Below are positions 40,896 to 50,675 of a stretch of 64,000 nt of DNA, one piece after another. Origin of the DNA: a bacterium (GTDB lineage Bacteria > Electryoneota > JAOADG01); the NCBI GenBank assembly GCA_963681965.1, contig OY820579.1:3232001-3296000 (forward strand), given 5' to 3'. The notes beneath the pieces were generated by a model that saw only the letters and a program-made list of their open reading frames with translations, was not told the DNA's origin and ran no database searches. The position numbers and the translations under genes are program-made. The stretch's first letter is position 1. Each line of letters begins with the position of its first letter.

Positions 40896-41337
40896 CGCCG
40901 GGAAGATTGCCGAATTTCGTAAATACTACTTCACCGCTGGTATTCACAACGACCGTGTGGGGAACGCTCTTGCCACCAAACGCCTTCAATGCTTCGTTGG
41001 TCGGATCTAAATATACGGTAAAATTGAAACCCTCGCCGACCACATAAGGTTGGACTTTCCCGATCGATTTCGGTCCATCCACTGCGATGGCATATACTTG
41101 CAATCCCTTATCCCGATACTTCAAATAAAGCTCATCCAATCCCGGTAATGCCTCTTTGCAAGGAGTGCACCATGTTGCCCAAAAATCTAAAATCGCCGGA
41201 CCCTTTGCAAACAGAGTATCCAGCTTGACAGTCTTCCCTTCAAGCGTCTGAACACTTACACTCGGCGCTTTATCGCCACTCCACCCTACCGCAATCAAGC
41301 AGAGTAAAGTTACTACGAAACCAACTTTTCGGATCAT
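40831..41337 (-). CDS. Exported TlpA-family thiol-disulfide oxidoreductase
   Basis: Signal peptide, DFWATWCTPC, and the cis-Pro loop SVPHT. Confidence 0.92.
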   Translation of the reverse strand: MIRKVGFVVTLLCLIAVGWSGDKAPSVSVQTLEGKTVKLDTLFAKGPAILDFWATWCTPCKEALPGLDELYLKYRDKGLQVYAIAVDGPKSIGKVQPYVVGEGFNFTVYLDPTNEALKAFGGKSVPHTVVVNTSGEVVFTKFGNLPGDEATLEKEIEKLLPAKSDTTK

Positions 41338-44300
41338 TTGAGTAAAACTCCTTTCTTCACAGCGACTCCATTCACTGACCGAATTTGAACAAAATATACA
41401 CCACTGGAGAGCTTGGTTCCATCTAATTCGAAGCGATGCGTTCCGGCAGAATACTGTTGATTGGCAAGAATTCCGATTTCACGACCCAATCGATCGTAAA
41501 TGCTGATATGCAACTTCGATCGAATCGGCAAGGCAACCGCGAACGATGTCGTTGGATTGAACGGATTGGGATACAATTCCGATACCGAAAATCCCTGCGG
41601 AAGCGGTGCCGTTGGTGGTTCTTGCACATTCACGGAATTGACTTGAAATCGAACCAAAGTAGACACTGGCGTCTGCGGAGTATTATTCGAAGTCATCAAT
41701 CGAACATCGTACACCCCAACGGGAGCGCCGATTGCGCTATATCGCAGCGCAACACGTGAACTATCGCCATTGGCAACTTGACCGTACACCGGTGTCAATG
41801 TCAACCATCGATTGATATACCCCAAATTCACCAACCGGAGCGTATCTTCCAGCGACGATTGGAGCAAAATGGCGAGTTCCTGATTGCTGTAACTCCACTG
41901 ATCGATAAACGCCAATCCGCTCCCAGTCTGGTTCGTGCTCGTTTGAAATGAATGTAATGTCCGGGTAACTCCGGTACCGACATTCATTTTTACCAACGTC
42001 GCATTGTCCTGATACAGTATGTACAGCGGCATTCCATCGGCATCGGAGCTGTTCCATGACATCGCATAAATATGTCCGGTTTGCGGAATTTCCGCGATAT
42101 TCTCGCCGGTTCTCGAGATGACGTTGATCGGCGAACCGTTATCGGCTACAAAAAACCAATCGTCGATTGGGTCGTATGCAATCGCTCGTGCCGGCATTAG
42201 CGGGGTTTCAATCGTGTCGCGAATAACACCATTCGAATCGAAACCATACATGAATTGCGAATTCGAACCCCACAGCAACGAACCGTCAAATGCCAGATCG
42301 TTAAAACTGGTACCCGAAGTATTCGGTTGACGCAGCGAATCAATCAAGACACCATTCCGATCAAATCGGTAGAAATATTTCAATGCACCCAAGTTATGGT
42401 CGCCGGTTACCCAAAACTTATCCCAAGCCCACTCAACCCCGATCAGCGTATTATCGCCGGAAGCTCGACTTACCGGAATTGTCTGATGTGTCTGCCATGT
42501 CGTATCGCTATTTTCCGGTGGTTGTAGCGCAATCGACCAGCGCAATGTATCGAAACCGGTATTGTAGATGCTGAGCTGCGATAATCCTGTATCCCCTTGT
42601 GTTGCAGTCAATCGAACTGTATCCGTTGAAAGCGAAATCCGCGGTCGTTGCAGATAAACATTCACCTGCGTCGTTTCAGCGCTATCGACTGTCAAGTTCC
42701 GCAATCTGCGATTCAAATATCCACTTGCGGAGACTTGCAGCGAACAAGTACCCGTCCGTACGGATGGGAATAAAAAGTGACCGTTTTGATCGGTAGTGGT
42801 CGAGCGGCTGAATGGCGTATAGATCGATACCGAAGCATTCCGAATCGGTGTCTGCGTTAGCGTATCGGTCACAGTGCCTTGAAGATGACCATGCGAGATT
42901 AACGTTTCGAGGTAATTCAACGCATCCCAGATTTTCAGTCGACCGGCACCGAAAATATTTAACTGATGACTCGATCCCGATGAATCGCAGGTCATTTTGA
43001 TCGCTTCACACAGTTCCGCCGGTGTTGCATCTGGTTCTGCCGACAGCAATAGCGCCAGTGCTCCGCCCAGATGTGGAGTAGCTGCGGAAGTACCATTGAA
43101 ATTCGCGGTATACCCATTCGACAGTGTCGATGTCAGCACATCGGTAGGTAACAATACATCGGGTTTAATCAATGCTTGCATCGTCCCGCCGCGATAGGGA
43201 TAATCGCGATAGCGCGCAGGAAAGACACGCAACGGACGATCGGGAATTGAATCCCAGGCTGCCGGTCCACGACCCGAATACCACGGAACATTCAATCCTT
43301 GTTGATACGCTCCGCACCCCAATACCGAACTGACCCCGCCACGTAACGTCTGGCTGTCCCACAACCACGGTGGCGGACAATGACCCGGCGTCGCAATATT
43401 GTATGGGATCGGATAATTCGATAAATCGCTCCCTTGATTGCCGATCGAGTTCGCGTGAATGATTCCCGCGGCAAGTTCCATATCGGTGTTCTGACGGAAA
43501 ACGACATAATCGGGATCGTCGGGATATTTATAAGACAGCGACGAACTGATGACATCGGCACCGTTCTGTACCGCGTATTGTTGTGCAAACCAGTATGCCG
43601 AAAATCCACCATTGTAATTTCGCAGACACATCATCCGCGCACCGAACGCAACCCCGAGCGTGTCGGTACTGGTGGAACCGACGATTAATCCCGATGTACA
43701 TGTCCCATGTGATGAACCGGCAACGGGATTGTTGTTGTTCTGATCGAAATTCCAGCCCCAAGTGTCGTCGATATAGCCGTTTTGATCGTCGTCGCGACCA
43801 TTTCCCGCAATCTCATCCTGATTGTACCAAATATGACCGGATAGCGCCCAATGCGATCGTTCGAAACCAGTATCGATATTCGCGACGATAATCCCCTGAC
43901 CGGTATACCCATGTTCCCACATCTGTCGGCATTGAAGATCGACCAAATTCCAGCCGGCAAGATCGACTTCATCGATCGATTGCGGAACAACAGTGGTATC
44001 GGTATCGACACAATGCGTCCACGGGATTTCAGGGTCAAGATCCAAACTGCGCAGTTCTGAAAATTGCTCGAAAAAGCCGCGGAGCGCGCGGACTTTGGCT
44101 TCAAACGTGATGCCGTTACCCAACCACAAATATTGGACATTCTTCACATCGCCGGTCAGAGACATTTGGTGAAGCGCTTTTCGAATTCGTTCTTGCGTCC
44201 GTGCCGAATGTTCGATCATGATGGGAACGGTAATCGTTCGCCACTCGCGACGCGGCTTGTTGGCGATGAGTGGAAGCAAATCATCCAGTTGCAACTGGTC

Positions 44301-44459
44301 CCAAAGAAACGCATTCACGCGCAGAACTGAGTCCGGATCGGAAGCATCCAGCGCTGCTTGCATTCTGGGAGTAATACCTACTTTGGCAAACACAACAGTG
44401 CTTGTCAATAACAATAGAAATAGAATAGTAGTTCGAATTCGGTTCGAATACATGATCAT
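41334..44459 (-). CDS. Secreted S8 subtilisin-like protease with carboxypeptidase-regulatory-like, beta-propeller and T9SS C-terminal domains
   Basis: Catalytic triad motifs IDTG, SHGT and NGTSAATP; C-terminal LYPNPFN...LSSGVYFV...KKGVLLK. Confidence 0.92.
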   Translation of the reverse strand: MIMYSNRIRTTILFLLLLTSTVVFAKVGITPRMQAALDASDPDSVLRVNAFLWDQLQLDDLLPLIANKPRREWRTITVPIMIEHSARTQERIRKALHQMSLTGDVKNVQYLWLGNGITFEAKVRALRGFFEQFSELRSLDLDPEIPWTHCVDTDTTVVPQSIDEVDLAGWNLVDLQCRQMWEHGYTGQGIIVANIDTGFERSHWALSGHIWYNQDEIAGNGRDDDQNGYIDDTWGWNFDQNNNNPVAGSSHGTCTSGLIVGSTSTDTLGVAFGARMMCLRNYNGGFSAYWFAQQYAVQNGADVISSSLSYKYPDDPDYVVFRQNTDMELAAGIIHANSIGNQGSDLSNYPIPYNIATPGHCPPPWLWDSQTLRGGVSSVLGCGAYQQGLNVPWYSGRGPAAWDSIPDRPLRVFPARYRDYPYRGGTMQALIKPDVLLPTDVLTSTLSNGYTANFNGTSAATPHLGGALALLLSAEPDATPAELCEAIKMTCDSSGSSHQLNIFGAGRLKIWDALNYLETLISHGHLQGTVTDTLTQTPIRNASVSIYTPFSRSTTTDQNGHFLFPSVRTGTCSLQVSASGYLNRRLRNLTVDSAETTQVNVYLQRPRISLSTDTVRLTATQGDTGLSQLSIYNTGFDTLRWSIALQPPENSDTTWQTHQTIPVSRASGDNTLIGVEWAWDKFWVTGDHNLGALKYFYRFDRNGVLIDSLRQPNTSGTSFNDLAFDGSLLWGSNSQFMYGFDSNGVIRDTIETPLMPARAIAYDPIDDWFFVADNGSPINVISRTGENIAEIPQTGHIYAMSWNSSDADGMPLYILYQDNATLVKMNVGTGVTRTLHSFQTSTNQTGSGLAFIDQWSYSNQELAILLQSSLEDTLRLVNLGYINRWLTLTPVYGQVANGDSSRVALRYSAIGAPVGVYDVRLMTSNNTPQTPVSTLVRFQVNSVNVQEPPTAPLPQGFSVSELYPNPFNPTTSFAVALPIRSKLHISIYDRLGREIGILANQQYSAGTHRFELDGTKLSSGVYFVQIRSVNGVAVKKGVLLK

Positions 44460-44468
44460 GCCGCCTGT

Positions 44469-47400
44469 CTACCGAATAAGCAGTAGTTTTCTGGTCTCGC
44501 GAGATGAGCCAGCAACAACTTGCACGAAATATACCCCGCTGGGTAACTCATTCCCTCTTATCGTAATGAGCTGCCTGCCGGCACTTGCAATACCACTGCG
44601 AATATTCTGTACTAACCGACCTTGCACATTGTACAAATCGACTCGCAATGGTACCCGATTGGGAAGATCCACGATTAAGTTGGTTTCGGGATTAAACGGA
44701 TTCGGATACGGACCAATCAACTCAAATCCTCTGGGAACCCTAACAACCGTTTCGGAAACGGCATCGGGAACCCGTTCGCCGATCGATGGAGGATTGGTCG
44801 TGAACAAAATCGAATACGGGAAATTCCAATTTGGGTGAATCGTCTTACTGAAATATTGATTGTAGAGTAAAGTCATTCCGGATTGATTGCTCGGTGCTTC
44901 AATTCCTACAGTCGCCAAACAGGTTTCACCGATCGGAACCGATCGATAGGAAAACATAATCCGGCTATCGCCCGTCGACGTCGGTGACATTTCCGAATCG
45001 TAGATGATCGCCTCGAACGACACACGGATATCGGGTGTCGCTACCACCACGAGGCTATCCCATTGAACGATCAGTCGATTTAAACTATCGATTGTCCAAT
45101 ATACCGCCTGATTGGGCATTCCGGGAAACCAGAGATTATCCCAATACGGAGCAATCACATTCCACGGGTTGTGTCGATTCGGCAAAGTATCGTTCGAAGA
45201 TCGTGAAACCACGGTATCGGCGTTGGAAGGCGCCAACCAGCCATCGGTACAAACGACGACATTGGAATAAGTATTCCCGAAATACCGGAACACAAACGGC
45301 ACTTGCAGCATCGAAACGGCATTACCCGCTGTAAATGGTATGATATTGCCGTTACCGCCCCGACTCGGTGCCAGTTCGATCCAAGTGGGATCCGGTGCCG
45401 CACGGTAAATCGTATCGCTCGATTCGTAAGCGTAATAAGGCATTTCGGAGACATGACTGGGAGCCAGCGTGTCGAGCGATCCGCATTCGAATGACATCTT
45501 GATAGTATCGGTAAAGGTAAAATTCGTAAATCGTTGTCGAACGACCATGTTCATATGCAACGGATAATATGCCGGCAAATTACTCGCACTACGCACAACA
45601 TTTACAAAGGTGCTATAGCTATTTCGTTGAAGGGCAACGCGAAAAGTATCGGGAATAAAAGTAACCAGCGAATCGCGGCAGCTCGTATAGATCTCCAAAT
45701 TCGGTAGATCTACCACACCATCGTTATTGACGCTGAAAATAAAGGTCGTTGTTTCCCCGCGATCCAATCGGCGGTTTCCGCTGGTATCGAAACCCACGTT
45801 AAAAATCGATACCGATGGGATGGAAATCGGAATGGCAAATTGACGTTCCCCGGCATATTGGGTTTGGGTGTATGCGGAAAATGCTGCGACGATACTGGTT
45901 CGGTGATAATTACTCGGAATGACGATTGCATAATCCGACATCGTCACCGATTCATTTGCGATAATGGATGGGATCTGCCGTACCGAATCGAGAATCACCA
46001 GATTGGTATCGGGAGTGTGCAACACAATTCTCACATTGCTCACCGGCGTTGCCATGCGATTGTGCAGATATAGATTCAATCGTAGCGTATCGCTGGGAAA
46101 GATATTACCCGCAGTGTTCAATACCCGGATACTGTCGAATTGGATTGAATAGTTGGTGCTCGGAACGAGGAAACTGTCGATTTTCGCTCGTGCTTGATAA
46201 CCACTGATTGCATAATAGATGTACCGGTTATCGGTACCGAGATCTGCCGATACCGTCGCATGTCCTGCGCTATCCGTCCACCCCATACCCAAAGGTCCGG
46301 TCGTATCGTACAGCACAACCATTAAATTCGGATGGGGAAGTTGATTGACCGTGTTCCGGACGGAAAAGGTGACCGTTTGATATCCCAAATCGAAATTCTG
46401 TGGAACCGATACCGTGAGTTGTTTCGGTACACCCGCCATGACATTCAACACCGGATCGGACAGCGTGGTGTATTCGTTGCATTCGAGTCGTAGAATTTCG
46501 CGGATGTTCGGATCGTTGACAATATTGGCGCTGAAGCTGGAAAACATCTGCGCTTTGCCTGCCATCAACCCTAGGGTCAAGCCGTTGAATTTATTCCGGA
46601 ACCAGAATCGGTACAATCCGATATCGATCTGATTGTTATACTGTGTGTGTGTGTTGAAGGTCGGTCCGACAAATCCTACTGCGCCGAGATTCGTTCCCCG
46701 TTGCATCCACAACTCTCCGAAACAATTCTGCGCATCGAATTTTGCCACACCGCAGCCAATACCGGTTATGACGACCATCCGATTGAGATTATTAACCGAG
46801 GGAATATCGAACGAAGTATAATCGATTCCCGCCCACCCATTCGACCACCCTTGACCGCGGTAGTTGATCAATGCACGACCGGAACTCAAATAGGAATTGA
46901 TAAATTGTCCCGACGTCGCAGTAAATAGTGTATCGACATTCGATAGCCCCGCTTCCAACATCCGCTGTCGCGACCATCGGATCGTTTCGACTTGTGTCGG
47001 GGTCTCTTGATCGGCGCCGCAAATCGCTTGATTACTCCAGGCGAGCGTATCACTCCGCGCTTCGTAGTTGTGCAGGTTGGTGCATTGAGACCGTACTTGT
47101 GTGATACTATTTGCCGGCATTCGACCTAACAAAATATCCGGCATCGGATCGGGAAGATTGTACCAATTGGGTCCATCGAATCGGGTATAGCTCTGCTCAT
47201 CGAGATAATATCCCGGATAGGGCTGACCGCCGCTACCACTGGAGTAAAAGGTTCCCGGATCGTCGGTCCAAGACGTAGCAGTTGCCACCCGCGTCTCTTC
47301 ACCGATCAAATACACGGCATCCGGCGGAGTCGTCCAAGTCAAATAAGCGGTTTGAATGTACGATTGAAGTGCTGTTGAGCTATTGCCGATCACTGTCAAA

Positions 47401-48029
47401 TCGGTAACAATCACTTTCCATCCCATCGATTTCCGCCAGGCGATCCATTCACTCATACCCGTGATATAAGCGCTGGGCGAAATCACCAATATCGTTGGAA
47501 CCAGTAATTGATTGGCGGTCGGTGTGACATCCAGAAAGTTCGGGGTTAATGCCGTATAGAGCGGATAAAAAACACCCGATACGCCGCGTGTGAGTGGAGT
47601 GGGTGCCGCATCGCTATTCTCGAATCGAATCGTGATCGTGCCCCGCGATACATGACCGCTGGCGTACATCTGCGAGTCGAGCAGAATGTCGATTGCCGAC
47701 ATCCACAAATCACGCATACAGACCGGTTGCGATAACGTTACCGAACCGGATGCAAAATTCGTGGTGCGCGATACATAAGCCATTTTACCGCGTGGTACCG
47801 CGATTAAACAAGTGGCTCGAAGTTCATCGACAGTGGGAATTTCCCGTTGCAGATGTCTGAGATAGGGTTCATTGGTGACATTCCCTCCCCACGAGAGCCG
47901 AATACTATCGGCACTGGAGAATTCTACCCGAAACCCTTCATCCAGACCTTGCCAAGTGGCAGAGGCTAGCGATACCATGATTAGACAAAGTAAGAGTACT
48001 GTTCCAAACCGTCCCGCATCAGCATGCAT
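44469..48029 (-). CDS. Secreted C25 (gingipain)-family protein with a T9SS C-terminal domain
   Basis: YLIGE, PDILLGR, INYRGQG, GIGCG, PYPNPFN...LPSGVYFV...TRKLLLIR; ATG at 48029 follows AGGAG (the ORF track gives 48092). Confidence 0.85.
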   Translation of the reverse strand: MHADAGRFGTVLLLCLIMVSLASATWQGLDEGFRVEFSSADSIRLSWGGNVTNEPYLRHLQREIPTVDELRATCLIAVPRGKMAYVSRTTNFASGSVTLSQPVCMRDLWMSAIDILLDSQMYASGHVSRGTITIRFENSDAAPTPLTRGVSGVFYPLYTALTPNFLDVTPTANQLLVPTILVISPSAYITGMSEWIAWRKSMGWKVIVTDLTVIGNSSTALQSYIQTAYLTWTTPPDAVYLIGEETRVATATSWTDDPGTFYSSGSGGQPYPGYYLDEQSYTRFDGPNWYNLPDPMPDILLGRMPANSITQVRSQCTNLHNYEARSDTLAWSNQAICGADQETPTQVETIRWSRQRMLEAGLSNVDTLFTATSGQFINSYLSSGRALINYRGQGWSNGWAGIDYTSFDIPSVNNLNRMVVITGIGCGVAKFDAQNCFGELWMQRGTNLGAVGFVGPTFNTHTQYNNQIDIGLYRFWFRNKFNGLTLGLMAGKAQMFSSFSANIVNDPNIREILRLECNEYTTLSDPVLNVMAGVPKQLTVSVPQNFDLGYQTVTFSVRNTVNQLPHPNLMVVLYDTTGPLGMGWTDSAGHATVSADLGTDNRYIYYAISGYQARAKIDSFLVPSTNYSIQFDSIRVLNTAGNIFPSDTLRLNLYLHNRMATPVSNVRIVLHTPDTNLVILDSVRQIPSIIANESVTMSDYAIVIPSNYHRTSIVAAFSAYTQTQYAGERQFAIPISIPSVSIFNVGFDTSGNRRLDRGETTTFIFSVNNDGVVDLPNLEIYTSCRDSLVTFIPDTFRVALQRNSYSTFVNVVRSASNLPAYYPLHMNMVVRQRFTNFTFTDTIKMSFECGSLDTLAPSHVSEMPYYAYESSDTIYRAAPDPTWIELAPSRGGNGNIIPFTAGNAVSMLQVPFVFRYFGNTYSNVVVCTDGWLAPSNADTVVSRSSNDTLPNRHNPWNVIAPYWDNLWFPGMPNQAVYWTIDSLNRLIVQWDSLVVVATPDIRVSFEAIIYDSEMSPTSTGDSRIMFSYRSVPIGETCLATVGIEAPSNQSGMTLLYNQYFSKTIHPNWNFPYSILFTTNPPSIGERVPDAVSETVVRVPRGFELIGPYPNPFNPETNLIVDLPNRVPLRVDLYNVQGRLVQNIRSGIASAGRQLITIRGNELPSGVYFVQVVAGSSRETRKLLLIR

Positions 48030-48225
48030 GATTACTCTCCTGTTTGCAGCCCAGCTTCCAGCCGGATAGGGTCTGGTATTAAACCGCAGCATTTTTTAAT
48101 ACTAAAGCAGCTTAATATCATAATATCAACATATTATATAATATTCTTATAAACCTTCACACCTTATTCACTACTTTACGATATTGAATTGTAAATATCA
48201 ATATCCTGCAGGTAAATTTTGCGAT

Positions 48226-49317
48226 TTATTGTGATATCGGACGCCGGTAATCGCTATCGGTCCAAGCCTCGATTTCCGCCACCAACACATCAACGATTTC
48301 ATCTTCATTGATCTTTCGGATCGTCTCGCCATTTTTGAACAGCAATCCGGTGCCTTTACCGCATGCCACGCCCAAATCTGCTTCCCGCGCCTCGCCCGGT
48401 CCATTCACCGCACACCCCATCAGGGCTACATTCAACGGCTTGCGAATGTGGGCTACCCGTTGTTCGACTTCCGTTACCAATTTCACTAAATCGACTTGTA
48501 TCCGACCGCAGGTCGGACATGAGATAATATTCACACTATCGTTCTGAAGGTTTAACGCGCGGAGGATCGCGAATCCAGTCTTCACCTCTTCAACCACATC
48601 GGCGGTCAAACTGACCCGAATCGTGTCACCGATACCACTTGCCAGCAACGCACCGATACCGACCGACGACTTGACGGTTCCCGTTCCGATCGGTCCCGCT
48701 TCGGTTACTCCTAAATGCAACGGATAATCGGTCAATGCGCCAAATCCACGATAGCTTTCAATCATAAACGGAACGTCAGTCGCCTTTAGCGAAAATACCA
48801 CATTGTGATAATCTTCCTCACCGAGAACTTCCACTTGTCGCATCGCCGATTCGATCAATCCCTGCGGTGTAACACCGTGATACTTTTCGACCAGATCTTC
48901 TTCGAGCGATCCGCTATTTACCCCAATTCGCATCGCCAAGCCGCGTGCTTTCGCTTCGCGCAATACTTCGCGGAAACGCGACTGTTCACCGATATTGCCC
49001 GGATTGATGCGGATTTTATCGACAGCACCCGTCGCCATTGCATCCAGCGCCATCCGGAAATTAAAATGAATATCCGCAACCAGAGGAATGTGAATCTGTT
49101 TCTTGATTTCGGGGAGTGCCGCTACCGCTTCTTTGTCCGGAACGGTAACCCGCACGATATCGCACCGTGCCTGTTCCAGTCGAAGGATTTGCTCGACTGT
49201 CGCTTTTACATCGTGCGTATGGGTCATACACATCGATTGCACCGCGATGCGATGCTTGCCACCGATCGTCACATTGCCGATTTTTACTTCACGCGCTGTT
49301 CTTCGAATCACTCCCAA
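48226..49317 (-). CDS. ispG: 4-hydroxy-3-methylbut-2-en-1-yl diphosphate synthase
   Basis: VQSM, PLVADIHF, RINPGN, RIGVNSGSL, HLGVTEAG, SCPTCGR, MGCAVNGPGE. Confidence 0.97.
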   Translation of the reverse strand: MGVIRRTAREVKIGNVTIGGKHRIAVQSMCMTHTHDVKATVEQILRLEQARCDIVRVTVPDKEAVAALPEIKKQIHIPLVADIHFNFRMALDAMATGAVDKIRINPGNIGEQSRFREVLREAKARGLAMRIGVNSGSLEEDLVEKYHGVTPQGLIESAMRQVEVLGEEDYHNVVFSLKATDVPFMIESYRGFGALTDYPLHLGVTEAGPIGTGTVKSSVGIGALLASGIGDTIRVSLTADVVEEVKTGFAILRALNLQNDSVNIISCPTCGRIQVDLVKLVTEVEQRVAHIRKPLNVALMGCAVNGPGEAREADLGVACGKGTGLLFKNGETIRKINEDEIVDVLVAEIEAWTDSDYRRPISQ

Positions 49318-49334
49318 AACCGCCTCCAGTTATT

Positions 49335-49510
49335 CTCAAACAAAGCTGTCATCCGTAGTAGGGGCGGACCTCCGTGTCTGCCCGTTCTAGTATCTTTTAA
49401 TCTTTTCCTGATACCCAATACTTATCGCTTGACACCCATTTTTGTATGTACGTCTGTAAATATTAGGCGTCGCCTGATAACGGTTCATGACAACTTATTA
49501 CTAGTGATAT
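49335..49510. repeat. Copy 2 of the TIR-bounded GTAG-REP element
   Basis: AAGCTGTCAT at 49343, REP1 GTAGGGGCGGACCTCCGTGTCTGCCC, a degraded REP2 (tttgtatgtacgtctgta), and right end TTCATGACAACTTATTACTAGTGATAT. Confidence 0.72.
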
Positions 49511-49518
49511 TAAAGATC

Positions 49519-49545
49519 AAAAGGGGCAATCGACCGACGCCCCTG
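49519..49545 (-). terminator. Probable terminator after the HTH gene
   Basis: Minus strand reads AGGGGC-GTCGGTCGATT-GCCCCT-TTT. Confidence 0.5.
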
Positions 49546-49573
49546 AAGTAATACGAAATCCATATCCGGATAA

Positions 49574-50107
49574 TTATTGATTTCGATCCCGCTTTTTACC
49601 AAAGTTCTTGATGAATTTTCGAAATTTCAGATAAGAATCAAACAATGGCGCTGCCCAATGCGAGTCGGCAGTTTCATTCTCATCGATCACCACCTCATCC
49701 AAAGTCATGATCTCAACTTTCGATTCTTCAATCGCTTCTGGTGGCATCAAGCTTTCCCAGTCAACACTGTAGAGCCGGCTTAATGTGCGCAAAAATGCCC
49801 GAACATTAATTGATGGGAGAAAATCTCGACTGCCATTCTCCAGAGCAACTAGGTGTTTTACCGGTATTTTTGTTTGACGATGAACATCTTCTAACGACCA
49901 ATTCCGGTGCTCGCGTAATTCACGCAAGTTCGTTATAGGAAGTACCCGATCTTCAGGCAGATCGGCAAGGCGAAACGTGAGCTTAGCCGACTTCCGCGAA
50001 CGCACTTCTTTCTTCGGTGCGCTGGATTTCGGCTTGCTTGATGTCTCTTTTGCCTGTTCTTCCGAAAACAGATTTAATTGCTGCTTTCGGTTACTCTCGC
50101 CATCCAA
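49574..50107 (-). CDS. RodZ-like (HTH_25) helix-turn-helix protein lacking a TM segment
   Basis: LRELREHRNWSLEDVHRQTKIPVKHLVALENG...LPSINVRAFLRTLSR matches the RodZ N-terminal pattern. Confidence 0.72.
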   Translation of the reverse strand: MDGESNRKQQLNLFSEEQAKETSSKPKSSAPKKEVRSRKSAKLTFRLADLPEDRVLPITNLRELREHRNWSLEDVHRQTKIPVKHLVALENGSRDFLPSINVRAFLRTLSRLYSVDWESLMPPEAIEESKVEIMTLDEVVIDENETADSHWAAPLFDSYLKFRKFIKNFGKKRDRNQ

Positions 50108-50675
50108 GTTCTTGTAGTCCTTTGTACACTTTTGAGACCGGTAATCCCATCACATTGAAAAAACACCCTTCAATCCGCTGCACGTACCGCGCGCCAAACC
50201 CTTGAACCCCATAGGCACCGGCTTTATCCAAGGGTTCACCCGAGGTGACGTATGCTTCAATCTCATCTAGACTCATCGCTACGAATGTCACTTCCGATCG
50301 GTCGCAGATCGTGATCATCCGCTCCGATCCTGAGACGCCGATCGCTACACCGGTCCAGACAGTATGTTTTTGATCCGACATTTTCCGGAGAATGTGAATT
50401 GCATCGTTGCGATCGTGCGGTTTGCCCAACCATTCGCCCGATAACTCCACCATCGTGTCGGCAGCGATCAAATAGCGATCTTTCAGTGCAATCCGCGCAC
50501 CGGCACGATATTTATCGATTGCCAGGCGGACGACGTATGCATCGATCGATTCGCCAGCTCGAGCCGACTCGTCGACATCGGGAATCAGAATCGAATGCGG
50601 TATCCCAATACGATGCAATAGTTCCGATCGACGTGGCGAACCACTCACTAAGATCACACTTGTGTCAGACACCAC
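50091..50675 (-). CDS. maf: Maf-family nucleoside triphosphate pyrophosphatase
   Basis: SGSPRRSELL, AADT, LGKP, DKAGAYGVQ, NVMGLP. Confidence 0.95.
   Translation of the reverse strand: MVSDTSVILVSGSPRRSELLHRIGIPHSILIPDVDESARAGESIDAYVVRLAIDKYRAGARIALKDRYLIAADTMVELSGEWLGKPHDRNDAIHILRKMSDQKHTVWTGVAIGVSGSERMITICDRSEVTFVAMSLDEIEAYVTSGEPLDKAGAYGVQGFGARYVQRIEGCFFNVMGLPVSKVYKGLQELGWRE

Noticed and set aside
39327-41337. Selenocysteine read-through in genes next to selA
   Set aside because: TlpA has an ordinary CxxC. The barrel's TGA follows a terminal Phe typical of outer-membrane proteins. No tRNA-Sec or convincing SECIS was seen.
48040-48115. Possible riboswitch upstream of the C25 operon
   Set aside because: Only a short GTATTAAA/TTTAATAC stem; no match to any riboswitch consensus I recognise.
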